IMG/VR virus record: IMGVR_UViG_3300032893_000054 | Location: 1-56,770 of that record | Source: a virus | Lineage: Duplodnaviria; Caudoviricetes | Strand: one strand, 5' to 3' | Length of the DNA: 56,770 nt | In this document: piece after piece, positions 9,601 through 18,455 of the stretch | Numbering within the stretch: position 1 is the stretch's first letter | Layout: every line of letters begins with the position of its first letter | The notes under the pieces: generated by a model | Told to the model about the DNA's origin: nothing | The model's input: only the letters and a program-made list of their open reading frames with translations | Database searches by the model: none | Program-made: the position numbers and the translations under genes

Positions 9601-11135
9601 TCAAGGCTGACGGCGGTGGCTGCGGTTCACCTGCTCTCCCGACGGCCACGGCCAGCGGACAGACCTCTGTCGCCACCGGGCCGGGCACGACCTACACCGC
9701 GCAGAATCCCGGCTTCAACGATTCCACGACGGTGAACTCCGGCAGCGCATACACGCTGGCCTGTCCATCTACGACGCAGGGGGACAACGCGCACGCGGTG
9801 CATTTCGCGTCTGGTGCCAACACTTCCCCGCTCATACCCGATTCCACAGCCAGCGGCTGCGCCAGCACGATTTACACAGTATTCATCGATAGCGGCGGGC
9901 CATACACGTTCGGCCGCACCAACTCCAGCGACACGTTCACGACCTACGTGAACGGGTTTCTGGCTACCACGGGCGCGGCCAGCTTTCAGGTCGCCGCCGG
10001 ACAGTACTTCACGATTAACAATGGCGCTACGAACCTGTGGGAGGTTCGGATCAGCGTGGCCATGCCGCTGCTGGCCGCCGACACGTCCGGCTCCGGCACA
10101 GCACAGTCCGCGAATACGATCCCGGTGTTCACGCCTCAATCCGGCAACTGCATCATCTACACCACTACGACCACGAACAGCAGCACCGGGCTGACGGTCA
10201 ACATCAACAGTCTGGGAGCCAAGTCGGTCGCGGTCGCGGGGACATCCGGCTACACCACCACGCTGACTACATCTCCGCACTCGATTCCGGCCAGCACGCC
10301 GATCCCGCTGTGTTACAACGGCACGCAGTGGGGCGCGGTACAGAACGGGTTGCTGCCGACCGCGTCCGGCGGACCCGAGAGTTCGATCACCGCCTCTGCC
10401 GCGTCGAACACGATCGCTGAGAACGCTGCAGGAGACTGGATCGCTCGCAACGGCGTCGAGACCGCCGCGCTCACCGCGCCGTGGTCCTTCAGCGATGCCA
10501 ACTCCTCCAACAACAACACGAACATCGGCCTGCTGGTCGGCGCTACCGGAACCTCCACCGGCGGTATCGGGCTGCTGGTCTACGACGTCAGCGGGACGGG
10601 TGACATCTTCCGCGCCTACAGCGGCGGCTCGGTCACATCGAACGTGTACACAGCAGGAACGCTCGAAGCCAACGTCACTGCTGGCGGCGTGGTCAACGCG
10701 GCGACCGGGTTCCGGATCGCCAACGCCGCAGCCAGCGGGCACTTCCCCTGTGGCAATGGCACTAACTATGTCGATTGCACGAATGTCACAGGCGCGACCT
10801 ATGCTACCGCCACCAAGTGCGCAGCCGCAGGCAGCGCTGCGAATCCTTCTGTAGCCTCCTGCTCGGCAGCGCCAGCAGGCTCGTTCTCCTGCGCCACCAA
10901 CGCCTCCGCCGGAACCTGCACGATCAACACTTCGGCAGTCACCGCGAGCAGCGCGATATTCGTGCAGCCGGATTCCAGCCTCGGGACGTTGCTCTCGGTG
11001 ACCTGCAACACCACCGCAGACACGGCGCTCACCGCGCCTCGTGTATCGGCCCGCAGCGCTGGCACCAGCTTCACGATCACGCTAGGCACATTCTCTACTA
11101 ATCCGCTGTGCTTCAACTACTGGGTGGTGAACTGA
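6669..11135 (+). CDS. Very large fibre/adhesin-like protein with N-terminal signal peptide
   Basis: 1488 aa, S/T/G-rich, about 38 Cys by manual count. Fibre motifs LANTLGGTGA and TTQTTGDNSTKIATDAFV; beta-helix-like middle; starts MIKRLAFLLLLLSGIAAA|QS. Confidence 0.7.
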   Translation: MIKRLAFLLLLLSGIAAAQSTGILSPGGVGVSCNAVTAASANNPGTAGGCTSFNLLASGGQLPGFYTWTVSTTGSPSGLSVKLMGSVDGTNWTQVDVVSSATTTNDGPYAYRFLGCIVATLSGGSSPTATCLISVGTSGTGGGGAGITITTVAGLASVSGKKNGTIATVTDGASASDCTTGSGSTVVNCQYNGSAWSQVVAASSGSTAFSALTTSTNTTATLTCGTGCAITTSGSGTNTATNTTGVNGAAVPASKTIVGTNGSNQLVDASSATLNNNTNGTAASLSAILANTLGGTGANSSTSNGVAQVSSGTWSFSTGLANGTTATTQTTGDNSTKIATDAFVASSILPTGTQGYSVFNTSGSTAYAPSSAAGVDSTQFSGTDRCAAAKTDWTTNGAVSPVNMVGEQSNETTQLLTCSSNPFPVVAAFGGSDTNNGGVFWLPQGALNPAFGLQVGMDGVLIQGVGMEANNSVRQGSFIIPHSGWSSFSAPAATCSPGSGGGAVCTNYNPFLLALGPVVGYTSTYTTASGPYNTKIKNVSFDCQQIAGLGGVSDVGQELSGFDTATILNCRTVSFFQQFDTADQVAIQHLYVRHPNTSSVEANTTPATGLSWFNDTNGNVLLQWTNSPTATPGCGMTVLVSNASAGGTHSNTINGPWQVSGLVDASGNLLICDRTAGTASDLSGHFSGTAKQVIFDTPLTLADSQSTNTNAIAEFFTTGMDVQATSARTVPDMTITSNITDFTNGIYARVTTSGTTITYSSGNHWLTSTSGTVHINGVGYTISGTCGSTSTCTTVQTLPTYATPVVFDSGMQAPWCELTVSGNAVSYDGTHVEEAENGICVGLEQQTIGLTMTNVSPGVYLQNGIHLFSTFGACLGCTFRPSQVYTGSISVYNSFVDDFNHNTLTSANNPYVTYMTGWSGIVGDVEVWAQTCSEMTNGWCNSGSGSAATKTYYNNGVAQIILNGTGTIALSGCAGMYIKADGGGCGSPALPTATASGQTSVATGPGTTYTAQNPGFNDSTTVNSGSAYTLACPSTTQGDNAHAVHFASGANTSPLIPDSTASGCASTIYTVFIDSGGPYTFGRTNSSDTFTTYVNGFLATTGAASFQVAAGQYFTINNGATNLWEVRISVAMPLLAADTSGSGTAQSANTIPVFTPQSGNCIIYTTTTTNSSTGLTVNINSLGAKSVAVAGTSGYTTTLTTSPHSIPASTPIPLCYNGTQWGAVQNGLLPTASGGPESSITASAASNTIAENAAGDWIARNGVETAALTAPWSFSDANSSNNNTNIGLLVGATGTSTGGIGLLVYDVSGTGDIFRAYSGGSVTSNVYTAGTLEANVTAGGVVNAATGFRIANAAASGHFPCGNGTNYVDCTNVTGATYATATKCAAAGSAANPSVASCSAAPAGSFSCATNASAGTCTINTSAVTASSAIFVQPDSSLGTLLSVTCNTTADTALTAPRVSARSAGTSFTITLGTFSTNPLCFNYWVVN

Positions 11136-13396
11136 TGCGGCAGCTCCTCTTCGTCCTTGGCTTCGCGCTACTGTGTCCGTACTCGTGGGCGGTGTCCTAC
11201 GTCTCGGCCTCACACACGGTATGCCTGCAGACGACCGCGTCCGCCGGAGTGGCTTGCACGCTTGGGGCAGCGACGACTGCGGGCAACACCGTCGTCGTGG
11301 GCATGTCGCTCAAGACGCCGACGCGCACCATCACGAACATGGTGGGTTCGGCTGCATCGGCTTTCTTCATGCAGATCACGCCTGTCACGCCGAATGGTTC
11401 CAGCGATGGCGCGGTGATCCTGATCTGCTTCAGTTGCGCCTCGCTCACCACGGTCACGCCGACGTTGAGTGGGACCAGCATCTACGCCCTTTCCGTGGAA
11501 GAGTACGCCAGTGTGGGAGCGATTGGCGGCTGGGTCTCGGCGACGGGAAGCTCCACGACGCCATCCGTGTCCATCACCACGACCGACAGCAACAACTGGA
11601 TCGTGGCGGTCACTTCCAACCTGGGTAACGCAGGCATCCCCACAGCGAACACGGGCAACCTGCGGGACGCAAACCGCACCGGCACGACCTCCAGCCACGT
11701 CGCGATCGGCGCCTGTGATAACACAGTAGCCTCGCCGGGGAGTGTGACCTGTTCCGACACAATTACCAGCGGCGTGTGGGCGGCGGTGGGAGTCGAGCTG
11801 CGCACCGTGTCGACGCCTGTGGCCTGTTCTGCTCCGTGTCCCGCGCTGGTGCAGTATGCCCAGTGGGGATCAAACGACGGCGGGACACCAGAAGCGGCAC
11901 AGTTCATAGGGAGCCTGCCACAAGCCACGCTATCCAATAACCTGCTCGTCTGTGGCACTGGATTCGACAATTCCGACGGGTCACACTCGGTAGCGTTCTC
12001 CAGTTTCACCATCGACGGAACGTCATTCACGGCTGGACCGACCTCGAACGACGGGACGCGCATCCTCGGGTTGTATTACATCGCTGGTATTGCAGCAGGG
12101 AAACAGAAGCTGGACTTGGAGTTGACGGCCACCACGTTCGACATCCAAGTGTGGTGTGCCGAATTCTATGACGTAGCCACATCCACACCTGTAGACGGCA
12201 CTTCTACGAGTGCATCTGGTATCACCGGGCCATTGGTGCAACCGGGAAGTATCACGACGACTGCCGACAACGATCTTATATTTGTGGCGGGGGTGAACGA
12301 CGCTACTCTTAGCGCCGCCCACGTTGCATCAGCCTATTCTCCTGCCGGAGGAAGCGGCGGTACAGGAACGCAGCGGCTGACAATGCTCGGCGATACGCGG
12401 CGGTTCGGCCCTTTCGCGTATTACCTGAACCAGCCGACGCACGGTGCGATCAACCCTGCGATGTATATCGATCAGGCGACGAAAGACACGTGGGGCATCG
12501 GGGCGATCGCGTTCAAGTCCGCCTCCGCTGGTACAGCTCCGTCTGGGATGTATATCGCCCGAGACATCGTAGAAATCCCCAACGCGACGACCTACCGGAT
12601 CGACTCTCCCTGCGTCGGCAACCTGCTGGTCGCGCTGGGTTCCACGCAGCCCTCCCAAGCGAAGATCACGGGCATCACCGACGCCTCGAACAACACTTAT
12701 ACGTGGATCGGCTCCAGCACCACGCAGCCGCAGATCCTGTACGTCGGCAACGCCCTCTGCAACAACCTGAACTACCGTCAGGCCACAATCACGATGAACA
12801 GCGTCGCCGTGGTAGACCCGATCCATATCTACGATGTCGTTGGGGCGAACGCTACTCCGCTGGACACGTCGGTGACGACCAGCACTTCCGGCGCCTCGGC
12901 GTCTGGTGGGCTGGTGAACTCGGGCAGCCAGAATCAGGCGCACTACGCGGTGTCCTCGGTCACCTGCACGAACAGCGCCAACTCGAACTCGGTGATGAAC
13001 TTTACTCCATCCACGAGCAGCGGGATCGCGTTCGTGGTAGAGAACAATGGGCAAGGGCCGGAATGCGGAGCCTCCAGCACGAATAACGTTCCCGACATGG
13101 CGTGGTTCGGCGGTGAAGATGACGCCTGCTGCGGAACGCTGGATTCATCGTCCGGCTACGGACACGTAGCGTATTCGAGCACAAGCGCGTGGACGTGGAC
13201 CTTCAACTGGGCCAACTGCCTAGCGGACACGCCGAACACAGGCTGCGCTTCAGGTACCGGGCCGGGGAACGCTCCGGGGTCAAGCTATTCCATGTCACTG
13301 GCGGCGTTCAAAGCGGCCGGCGGTGGAGCGAGCGGCCACTGTAACGGCTGCGAGTTGTCGCAGGTAGCCATGCCACAGAAAGAGGTGGGACAGTGA
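11135..13396 (+). CDS. Multi-domain beta-sandwich adhesin-like protein with signal peptide
   Basis: ATG at 11135 overlaps the upstream TGA; starts MRQLLFVLGFALLCPYSWA|VS; about three repeated domains, each ending in a W..A.ELR/AFK-type strand. Confidence 0.65.
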   Translation: MRQLLFVLGFALLCPYSWAVSYVSASHTVCLQTTASAGVACTLGAATTAGNTVVVGMSLKTPTRTITNMVGSAASAFFMQITPVTPNGSSDGAVILICFSCASLTTVTPTLSGTSIYALSVEEYASVGAIGGWVSATGSSTTPSVSITTTDSNNWIVAVTSNLGNAGIPTANTGNLRDANRTGTTSSHVAIGACDNTVASPGSVTCSDTITSGVWAAVGVELRTVSTPVACSAPCPALVQYAQWGSNDGGTPEAAQFIGSLPQATLSNNLLVCGTGFDNSDGSHSVAFSSFTIDGTSFTAGPTSNDGTRILGLYYIAGIAAGKQKLDLELTATTFDIQVWCAEFYDVATSTPVDGTSTSASGITGPLVQPGSITTTADNDLIFVAGVNDATLSAAHVASAYSPAGGSGGTGTQRLTMLGDTRRFGPFAYYLNQPTHGAINPAMYIDQATKDTWGIGAIAFKSASAGTAPSGMYIARDIVEIPNATTYRIDSPCVGNLLVALGSTQPSQAKITGITDASNNTYTWIGSSTTQPQILYVGNALCNNLNYRQATITMNSVAVVDPIHIYDVVGANATPLDTSVTTSTSGASASGGLVNSGSQNQAHYAVSSVTCTNSANSNSVMNFTPSTSSGIAFVVENNGQGPECGASSTNNVPDMAWFGGEDDACCGTLDSSSGYGHVAYSSTSAWTWTFNWANCLADTPNTGCASGTGPGNAPGSSYSMSLAAFKAAGGGASGHCNGCELSQVAMPQKEVGQ

Positions 13397-15807
13397 AATA
13401 CCTGACACTCATCCTCGCGCTGTCCTGCGTGGCGCAGGCGCAACTCTGGAATGGGCTGCTATCCAACGCGCGCGCGGGGAACACTTGGTCCACGGCCGGA
13501 GCCGATCCGACGGTAGAATATGCCACCCGAACCACTTGTACCACGCTGGCAGCAGGCTCCACTGCAGCCCAGATCAACACGGCGATCAAGAATTGCGCGG
13601 CGGCACATTTAGCGGATGCCGGAGGAGTCGTAGTGTTGTCGGCGGGAAGTTACTCTATTGGCACGGCTGGCATCGACTTCTCCCACAACAATTGCGGCAC
13701 CGTTTCACAGGGTTGCTCAAACGTTACCCTGCGCGGAGCTGGAGCCGATCAGACAACGCTTACCCTATCCAACTCGACAACCAGTTGTCCGGAGTCGGGT
13801 GGAGTAGACATCTGCATCGCTCCTCAAGGCACAGGGCTAGGATATGACGGATCGACGGACAACATCGCCAGTTGGACTGCCGGATACTCTCAAGGCACAA
13901 CCTCGATCACGATCAACAGTTTCTCGAAAGGGGCGATCGGCAATTGGTCGGTTGGAAGCATTGTGTTCCTCGATCAGATGGATGTAGCGAACACGCCTTA
14001 CCCCACTACCGGACTTCTAATTTGCAATCAGGGAAACTGCGGACAAGGAAACGTAAGCGGAAGGCCGAATCGCTCTCTGACGGAGCCGCAAATCATCACT
14101 TCGGTCTCTGGCTCGGGGCCGTGGACGATTGGCATCAAGCCCGGAATCAGGACGCCGAACTGGTTTACCAATGCGAGCACTTGCGCGAACGGAAGTGGCG
14201 TGGGAAGCTCCAGCCCGTGCAATCCTCAGATATGGGGTAACTCTGGCAAGGCGATCTCCGGCGTCGGGCTGGAGAACATGACTCTGGATCTGTCCAGTGC
14301 TCTCAGTAACTTCTCCGTGGTGCAGTGTTTCGGCTGCTACAACGTGTGGATTCGCGGGATCAAGTTCATCGACACGCACGGAGACACGGAGACCGGGGCG
14401 AACGGCTTCTACAATTTCTGGCCTCTGCAATCCACCAACGTAACGTACCGGGACAACTATTCGCAGAACTCTCCACCAGTCTCGAACTACTATTCCATGT
14501 CCTGCTGGACGAGCGGCGATGAACTTTATGAGAACAACATTGACGTTCACAAACCGTTCAACTTCATGGCGGAGGGATGCATAGGGTCGGTCAGCGCCTA
14601 CAACTTTGCTTTGGATATGTATTACACGCATTGTCACGGTTGCGGTACGGATACAGGCTGGCAACAGAACTCGAACTATCGTCACGGTGGGACGGACATG
14701 CTCGGCCTCTTTGAAGGGAATATCGGGACAGGTGTGATCGGTGATGAGGTGTTTGGAGCCTCCGACCTATACACCTCGTTTCGTAGCTTCTATTCAGGGC
14801 GCGACCCGAACGGCGGTGCTCCAGCAGGAGGAAAGACGGAGCAGACAACGGCGGTCCTTCTGTATCCCCCCAACCGTTTCTGGAACATCATCGGCGACGT
14901 TCTAGGGACACCGAGCTACCACACGACTTACGTCTGCGCTCCTCCGAACGTGTCCGGGAGTTGCGCGAACAACAATGCAGGAAACTTCGTTGCCGATATT
15001 TACTCGCTCGGATATCCGGATGGATATGCGGGCTCCAATGATTCCTACACCAGCAGTAGCATGGTCAAGTGGGCTAACTTTGACACGGTGACGAACGCTG
15101 TCAGGTATTGCAGTCCCGCGGATCCTAGCTTCGCATCGGCACCTTGTAGCAGCACGTCGGAAGTGGCAACCAGTCTTTCGGACGGATTCTCAAACGTTGA
15201 CCCGTATTCTGGCTTAGGCCATACACTGCCCAACTCTCTGTTTCACGCATCGCAACCGTCATGGTGGCCTGCGTCGAAAACATGGCCCATCATCGGGCCG
15301 GACATCACGGGTGGCAATGTCGTGCGCTGCACGAGCGGCACCTACTCCGGGAACGTGGTTCCGAACTCCAGTTATTGTTCTGGAGGCACGAGCGCTTCGG
15401 TAGGAGCAGGCACGGTCTACAGTAACCCCGCGATGGACTGCTATTTCAACACGATGGGCGGGGCGCCGAACGGGGGATTCGAGAATCTGACGTTCAATGC
15501 CGATACCTGTTACCCGACCGGAGCAAGTACCTACATGATCACCGTGTCCTCGATCGTCGGCCACGGCACGATCACCGACTCCCAAGGGCTCATCAACTGC
15601 CCCGGCACCTGCACGACGTCCGCCGCGTCCGGCTCCGACGTGCTCACCGAGTCGCCGGGCACGGGATACACGTTCACCTCGTGGGGCGGCGGGACGTGCT
15701 CCGGCTCGGCGACAACGTGCACCGTCAGCGGGCCAGGGCCGGTCAGCGTGACTGCAACATTCACAGCGAACCCGGTGACACCGGCAGCGGTGCCGTATCT
15801 GCAGTAG
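13393..15807 (+). CDS. Parallel beta-helix (pectate-lyase-like) protein with signal peptide and C-terminal InlB/Flg_new-like repeat domain
   Basis: Starts MKYLTLILALSCVAQA|QL; INTAI..GGVVVLSAGSY..NVTLRGAGADQTTL; C-terminal PGTGYTFTSWGGGTCSG..CTV..VTATFT. Confidence 0.7.
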   Translation: MKYLTLILALSCVAQAQLWNGLLSNARAGNTWSTAGADPTVEYATRTTCTTLAAGSTAAQINTAIKNCAAAHLADAGGVVVLSAGSYSIGTAGIDFSHNNCGTVSQGCSNVTLRGAGADQTTLTLSNSTTSCPESGGVDICIAPQGTGLGYDGSTDNIASWTAGYSQGTTSITINSFSKGAIGNWSVGSIVFLDQMDVANTPYPTTGLLICNQGNCGQGNVSGRPNRSLTEPQIITSVSGSGPWTIGIKPGIRTPNWFTNASTCANGSGVGSSSPCNPQIWGNSGKAISGVGLENMTLDLSSALSNFSVVQCFGCYNVWIRGIKFIDTHGDTETGANGFYNFWPLQSTNVTYRDNYSQNSPPVSNYYSMSCWTSGDELYENNIDVHKPFNFMAEGCIGSVSAYNFALDMYYTHCHGCGTDTGWQQNSNYRHGGTDMLGLFEGNIGTGVIGDEVFGASDLYTSFRSFYSGRDPNGGAPAGGKTEQTTAVLLYPPNRFWNIIGDVLGTPSYHTTYVCAPPNVSGSCANNNAGNFVADIYSLGYPDGYAGSNDSYTSSSMVKWANFDTVTNAVRYCSPADPSFASAPCSSTSEVATSLSDGFSNVDPYSGLGHTLPNSLFHASQPSWWPASKTWPIIGPDITGGNVVRCTSGTYSGNVVPNSSYCSGGTSASVGAGTVYSNPAMDCYFNTMGGAPNGGFENLTFNADTCYPTGASTYMITVSSIVGHGTITDSQGLINCPGTCTTSAASGSDVLTESPGTGYTFTSWGGGTCSGSATTCTVSGPGPVSVTATFTANPVTPAAVPYLQ

Positions 15808-15826
15808 GGACTTATAGGAGGCGGTA

Positions 15827-16144
15827 ATGGATCAACTGATTGGAATGCTAGGGCAGTTCATCATGGCGCACCCACACTGGGCGATCGTGGCGCTGGTGGG
15901 GAGCTGGGTGCTGTCGAATGTGGTCAGCGCCATGCCGTCGCCGGACCAGGGAAGCGGCAAGGGGTACAAGTTCCTGTTCACGCTGGGCCACGGGATGATG
16001 GGATCGCTGGGACGGGTGATCCCATGGCTGCGGCTGCCGTCGGACCCGTCGCGCAAGGATCCATCGTTCTTCGGCAAGCCGGACGCGACGGGGGGTCAGA
16101 GTATAGCACAACCTCCGACTCCTCCCGAGGCACCTAAGCCGTAA
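15827..16144 (+). CDS. Small membrane protein, holin candidate
   Basis: AGGAGG RBS; hydrophobic helix WAIVALVGSWVLSNVVSAMP followed by an amphipathic segment; follows the fibre genes. Confidence 0.5.
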   Translation: MDQLIGMLGQFIMAHPHWAIVALVGSWVLSNVVSAMPSPDQGSGKGYKFLFTLGHGMMGSLGRVIPWLRLPSDPSRKDPSFFGKPDATGGQSIAQPPTPPEAPKP

Positions 16145-16202
16145 TTCCTGAAAGTGTAACAAGAAGTGGCAGCCGTCATTCGTCTGGAGAGGAAAGGGTA
16201 AA

Positions 16203-16757
16203 GTGATGACGTGGGGCCTCAGCCCGAAAACGTGGGAGTGGGTTGGTTACTTGGGCTGGTGCTTCTCTATCTACGCAGCCTATCTGTTCGTGTCGACGAT
16301 CTTCGGCGGGAGCAGGCCGAAACACGCCGAATCGTGGATGAAGTTTGTGCAACGGTTGTCGAAATGGAGAGATCGGCTGAAGGAGAAGGGTAGGGCGCAT
16401 CAGGTGGCGATTGCGAACCTCATCGCGCTCCTGTGTCTGGTGATCATCGTCGGCGGGAGCTGGGGCAAGGCCTTCCCGGTGGTCGAGGAGCACAACGTGA
16501 CGATTCTGGCGCGGCTCGGGGATGGAGATTTCGCGTACCGTAGCGACGAGGAGCCAGGCGGAGGCGAGTTCCGGCCGTGCACGACGGACGTGGAGGCGGG
16601 CGTGGACGTGCTCAACCTGCTGAAGGGCGCGGTAGGGTACACTGCGGAGCACGCCCGGTGGGAGGAACGAGGGACGTGCAAGAGCATCCGGCGCGCGGAT
16701 CTGGGATTCTGGTTCAGAGATGAAGCGACTAACTTCGAATACAGGAGAGCACAATGA
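16203..16757 (+). CDS. Membrane protein (two hydrophobic segments plus soluble domain)
   Basis: Hydrophobic stretches at about aa 12-33 and 68-82. Confidence 0.55.
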   Translation: MMTWGLSPKTWEWVGYLGWCFSIYAAYLFVSTIFGGSRPKHAESWMKFVQRLSKWRDRLKEKGRAHQVAIANLIALLCLVIIVGGSWGKAFPVVEEHNVTILARLGDGDFAYRSDEEPGGGEFRPCTTDVEAGVDVLNLLKGAVGYTAEHARWEERGTCKSIRRADLGFWFRDEATNFEYRRAQ

Positions 16758-16939
16758 GCAACGGTGGTCCCCCCAACAAATTCCCGCAACAGGTTGACCT
16801 GACCAACGTTCCACCCGGCCAGCGCGCTGCCGTGCTGGGCGCGGCATGGCAAGACTACTACGACGTTTACCATCAGTGGCCGAACACGTGGGTCACGGTG
16901 GGCGATATCATATACCTCGGAGGCTACGGACGGCCATAA
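16754..16939 (+). CDS. Hypothetical protein
   Basis: AGGAG RBS; ATGA overlap. Confidence 0.55.
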   Translation: MSNGGPPNKFPQQVDLTNVPPGQRAAVLGAAWQDYYDVYHQWPNTWVTVGDIIYLGGYGRP

Positions 16940-16976
16940 CCCACAACCCTCATCTCCGCTCAGAGACGAGACAACG

Positions 16977-17669
16977 ATGATCATCGATCCGAATAACGAG
17001 TTCAACTCCGCGTGGTTCGTGGCGCCGTGGAACCCCGGCATCGGGCCGGTCCAGCCGAACGTGGCAACGGTCACTCCCGCGTCCGCCGGCAACCCGAACC
17101 TGCAAGTGTATATCGACGGGCCGAGTGGTTACAGCAACATGCTGGCGGCGCTGCATCGGCCGTTCATGCCGCTGTCGAACCTCGGCAACCTGTCCAAGGT
17201 GGCGTTCTCGTTTTCCTTCAACCTGATCACGGACAAGAACATCGGCCTGCTGCAGGCGCTGGAGTTCGAGGTGCGTCCGGTGTTCATCGACCAGCACGGT
17301 CGGTGCTGCAACGTCAACAACTGCATGCAGATGAATTTCGTCAATCCCAAAGGCGCGATCCAGGCGTATGCGAGCCCCACGAACGTGTGGGCGGACACAG
17401 GCATCAGGATACCGCCGCTCGAGCCCAAGGAGACGTACCCGATCCAGGTGAACTACGTGACGGACATGCTGAACGGATTCAACAGCACGCCGTCGGTCAC
17501 CATCATGGGGAAGACGTATCCACTGCCGGCGATGTTCCAGAACGTGCCTGCTCCGATCATGAGCCCGCCGTGGACCAGCGCCATGTACATGCAGATTCAG
17601 ATGGACTTGGCCAAGGCGGGCGGCAAGGTGATGACCGAGTACAACGATATGAACATAAATTGGAACTGA
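16977..17669 (+). CDS. Hypothetical beta-rich protein (possibly lectin/glycoside hydrolase-like)
   Basis: 230 aa, GC3-rich codons, QALEFE motif; the fold is a guess. Confidence 0.55.
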   Translation: MIIDPNNEFNSAWFVAPWNPGIGPVQPNVATVTPASAGNPNLQVYIDGPSGYSNMLAALHRPFMPLSNLGNLSKVAFSFSFNLITDKNIGLLQALEFEVRPVFIDQHGRCCNVNNCMQMNFVNPKGAIQAYASPTNVWADTGIRIPPLEPKETYPIQVNYVTDMLNGFNSTPSVTIMGKTYPLPAMFQNVPAPIMSPPWTSAMYMQIQMDLAKAGGKVMTEYNDMNINWN

Positions 17670-17682
17670 AAGAGGAGGGCGT

Positions 17683-18051
17683 ATGCGTCGTCGAGTAGCG
17701 ATAGCAGTGCTCGGGTGTGGCATGGCGCTGGGGGCGGGATGCCATTCCAGTGCAATCAAGGCTCCGGTGCCGATCTCCGGATCCGTCAACCAGTTCGACT
17801 CTGACACCTACCGCGGGCTGATGGATGCCGAGGCGGCCATCAACTCACTCAAGGCGGATATCGCTGTGGGCAGGCTCACGGAGACGCCGACGATCAAGAC
17901 GGCGCTGAACCAGGCCATCACGGACTACAACGCCGCGAACGCGCTGTGGCAGGCGTACCACGCGACCGCGGGCGCCACGCAGCAGGCGGCGGTACAGGCC
18001 GCCATGACCAAGCTGAATGGAGACGTCACCGCGATCGGAGGTGCCAAGTGA
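17683..18051 (+). CDS. Lipoprotein (possible spanin-like lysis protein)
   Basis: GAGGAGG RBS; MRRR plus hydrophobic core plus lipobox LGAG|C; helical remainder. Confidence 0.6.
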   Translation: MRRRVAIAVLGCGMALGAGCHSSAIKAPVPISGSVNQFDSDTYRGLMDAEAAINSLKADIAVGRLTETPTIKTALNQAITDYNAANALWQAYHATAGATQQAAVQAAMTKLNGDVTAIGGAK

Positions 18052-18383
18052 ACTGGGTCACACTCATCACAGCGTTGCTCCCGGTGGCCGTCAGCGCGAT
18101 CCCATCGCTGTCTGCGGCTGTCAAAGAGATCATCATCGATATCAGTACGTCCCTTGGTGCGGTCTCGGCCTCGGGTGTGCTGACCGCCCCCTCCGCCTCG
18201 TCAGCGCTGGTGGCGCTGAGTGGAGTGATTGCGGCGTTGAAGGCGCAGCCGGGGATTCCGGCAGCCACGCTGCAGTTGATCGACGCTCTGGACCGGGCAG
18301 CGCAAGCCGGGCTGGCAGCGGATCAGGTGGCGCAGCAGGGCGTGGATCCGACGAAGGTGCAGCCGATAGCACCGTTGCCGTAG
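18048..18383 (+). CDS. Hydrophobic Ala-rich membrane-associated protein
   Basis: GGAGG RBS; GTGA overlap; starts (M)NWVTLITALLP. Confidence 0.6.
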   Translation: MNWVTLITALLPVAVSAIPSLSAAVKEIIIDISTSLGAVSASGVLTAPSASSALVALSGVIAALKAQPGIPAATLQLIDALDRAAQAGLAADQVAQQGVDPTKVQPIAPLP

Positions 18384-18394
18384 CGATCGGGGCG

Positions 18395-18429
18395 TGCAGG
18401 AGCCGGCGCATCCGTGCGTTGACTCCTGC
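18395..18429. terminator. Hairpin between the convergent late and replication operons
   Basis: GCAGGAG...CTCCTGC stem extended by G-U pairs around a TCCG loop; no clear U-tract. Confidence 0.4.
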
Positions 18430-18455
18430 CACCATCACCTCCCCACGATAGGTCA

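Noticed and set aside
6669-15807. Diversity-generating retroelement or invertible fibre cassette
   Set aside because: No reverse transcriptase, recombinase or TR/VR-like repeat pair seen.
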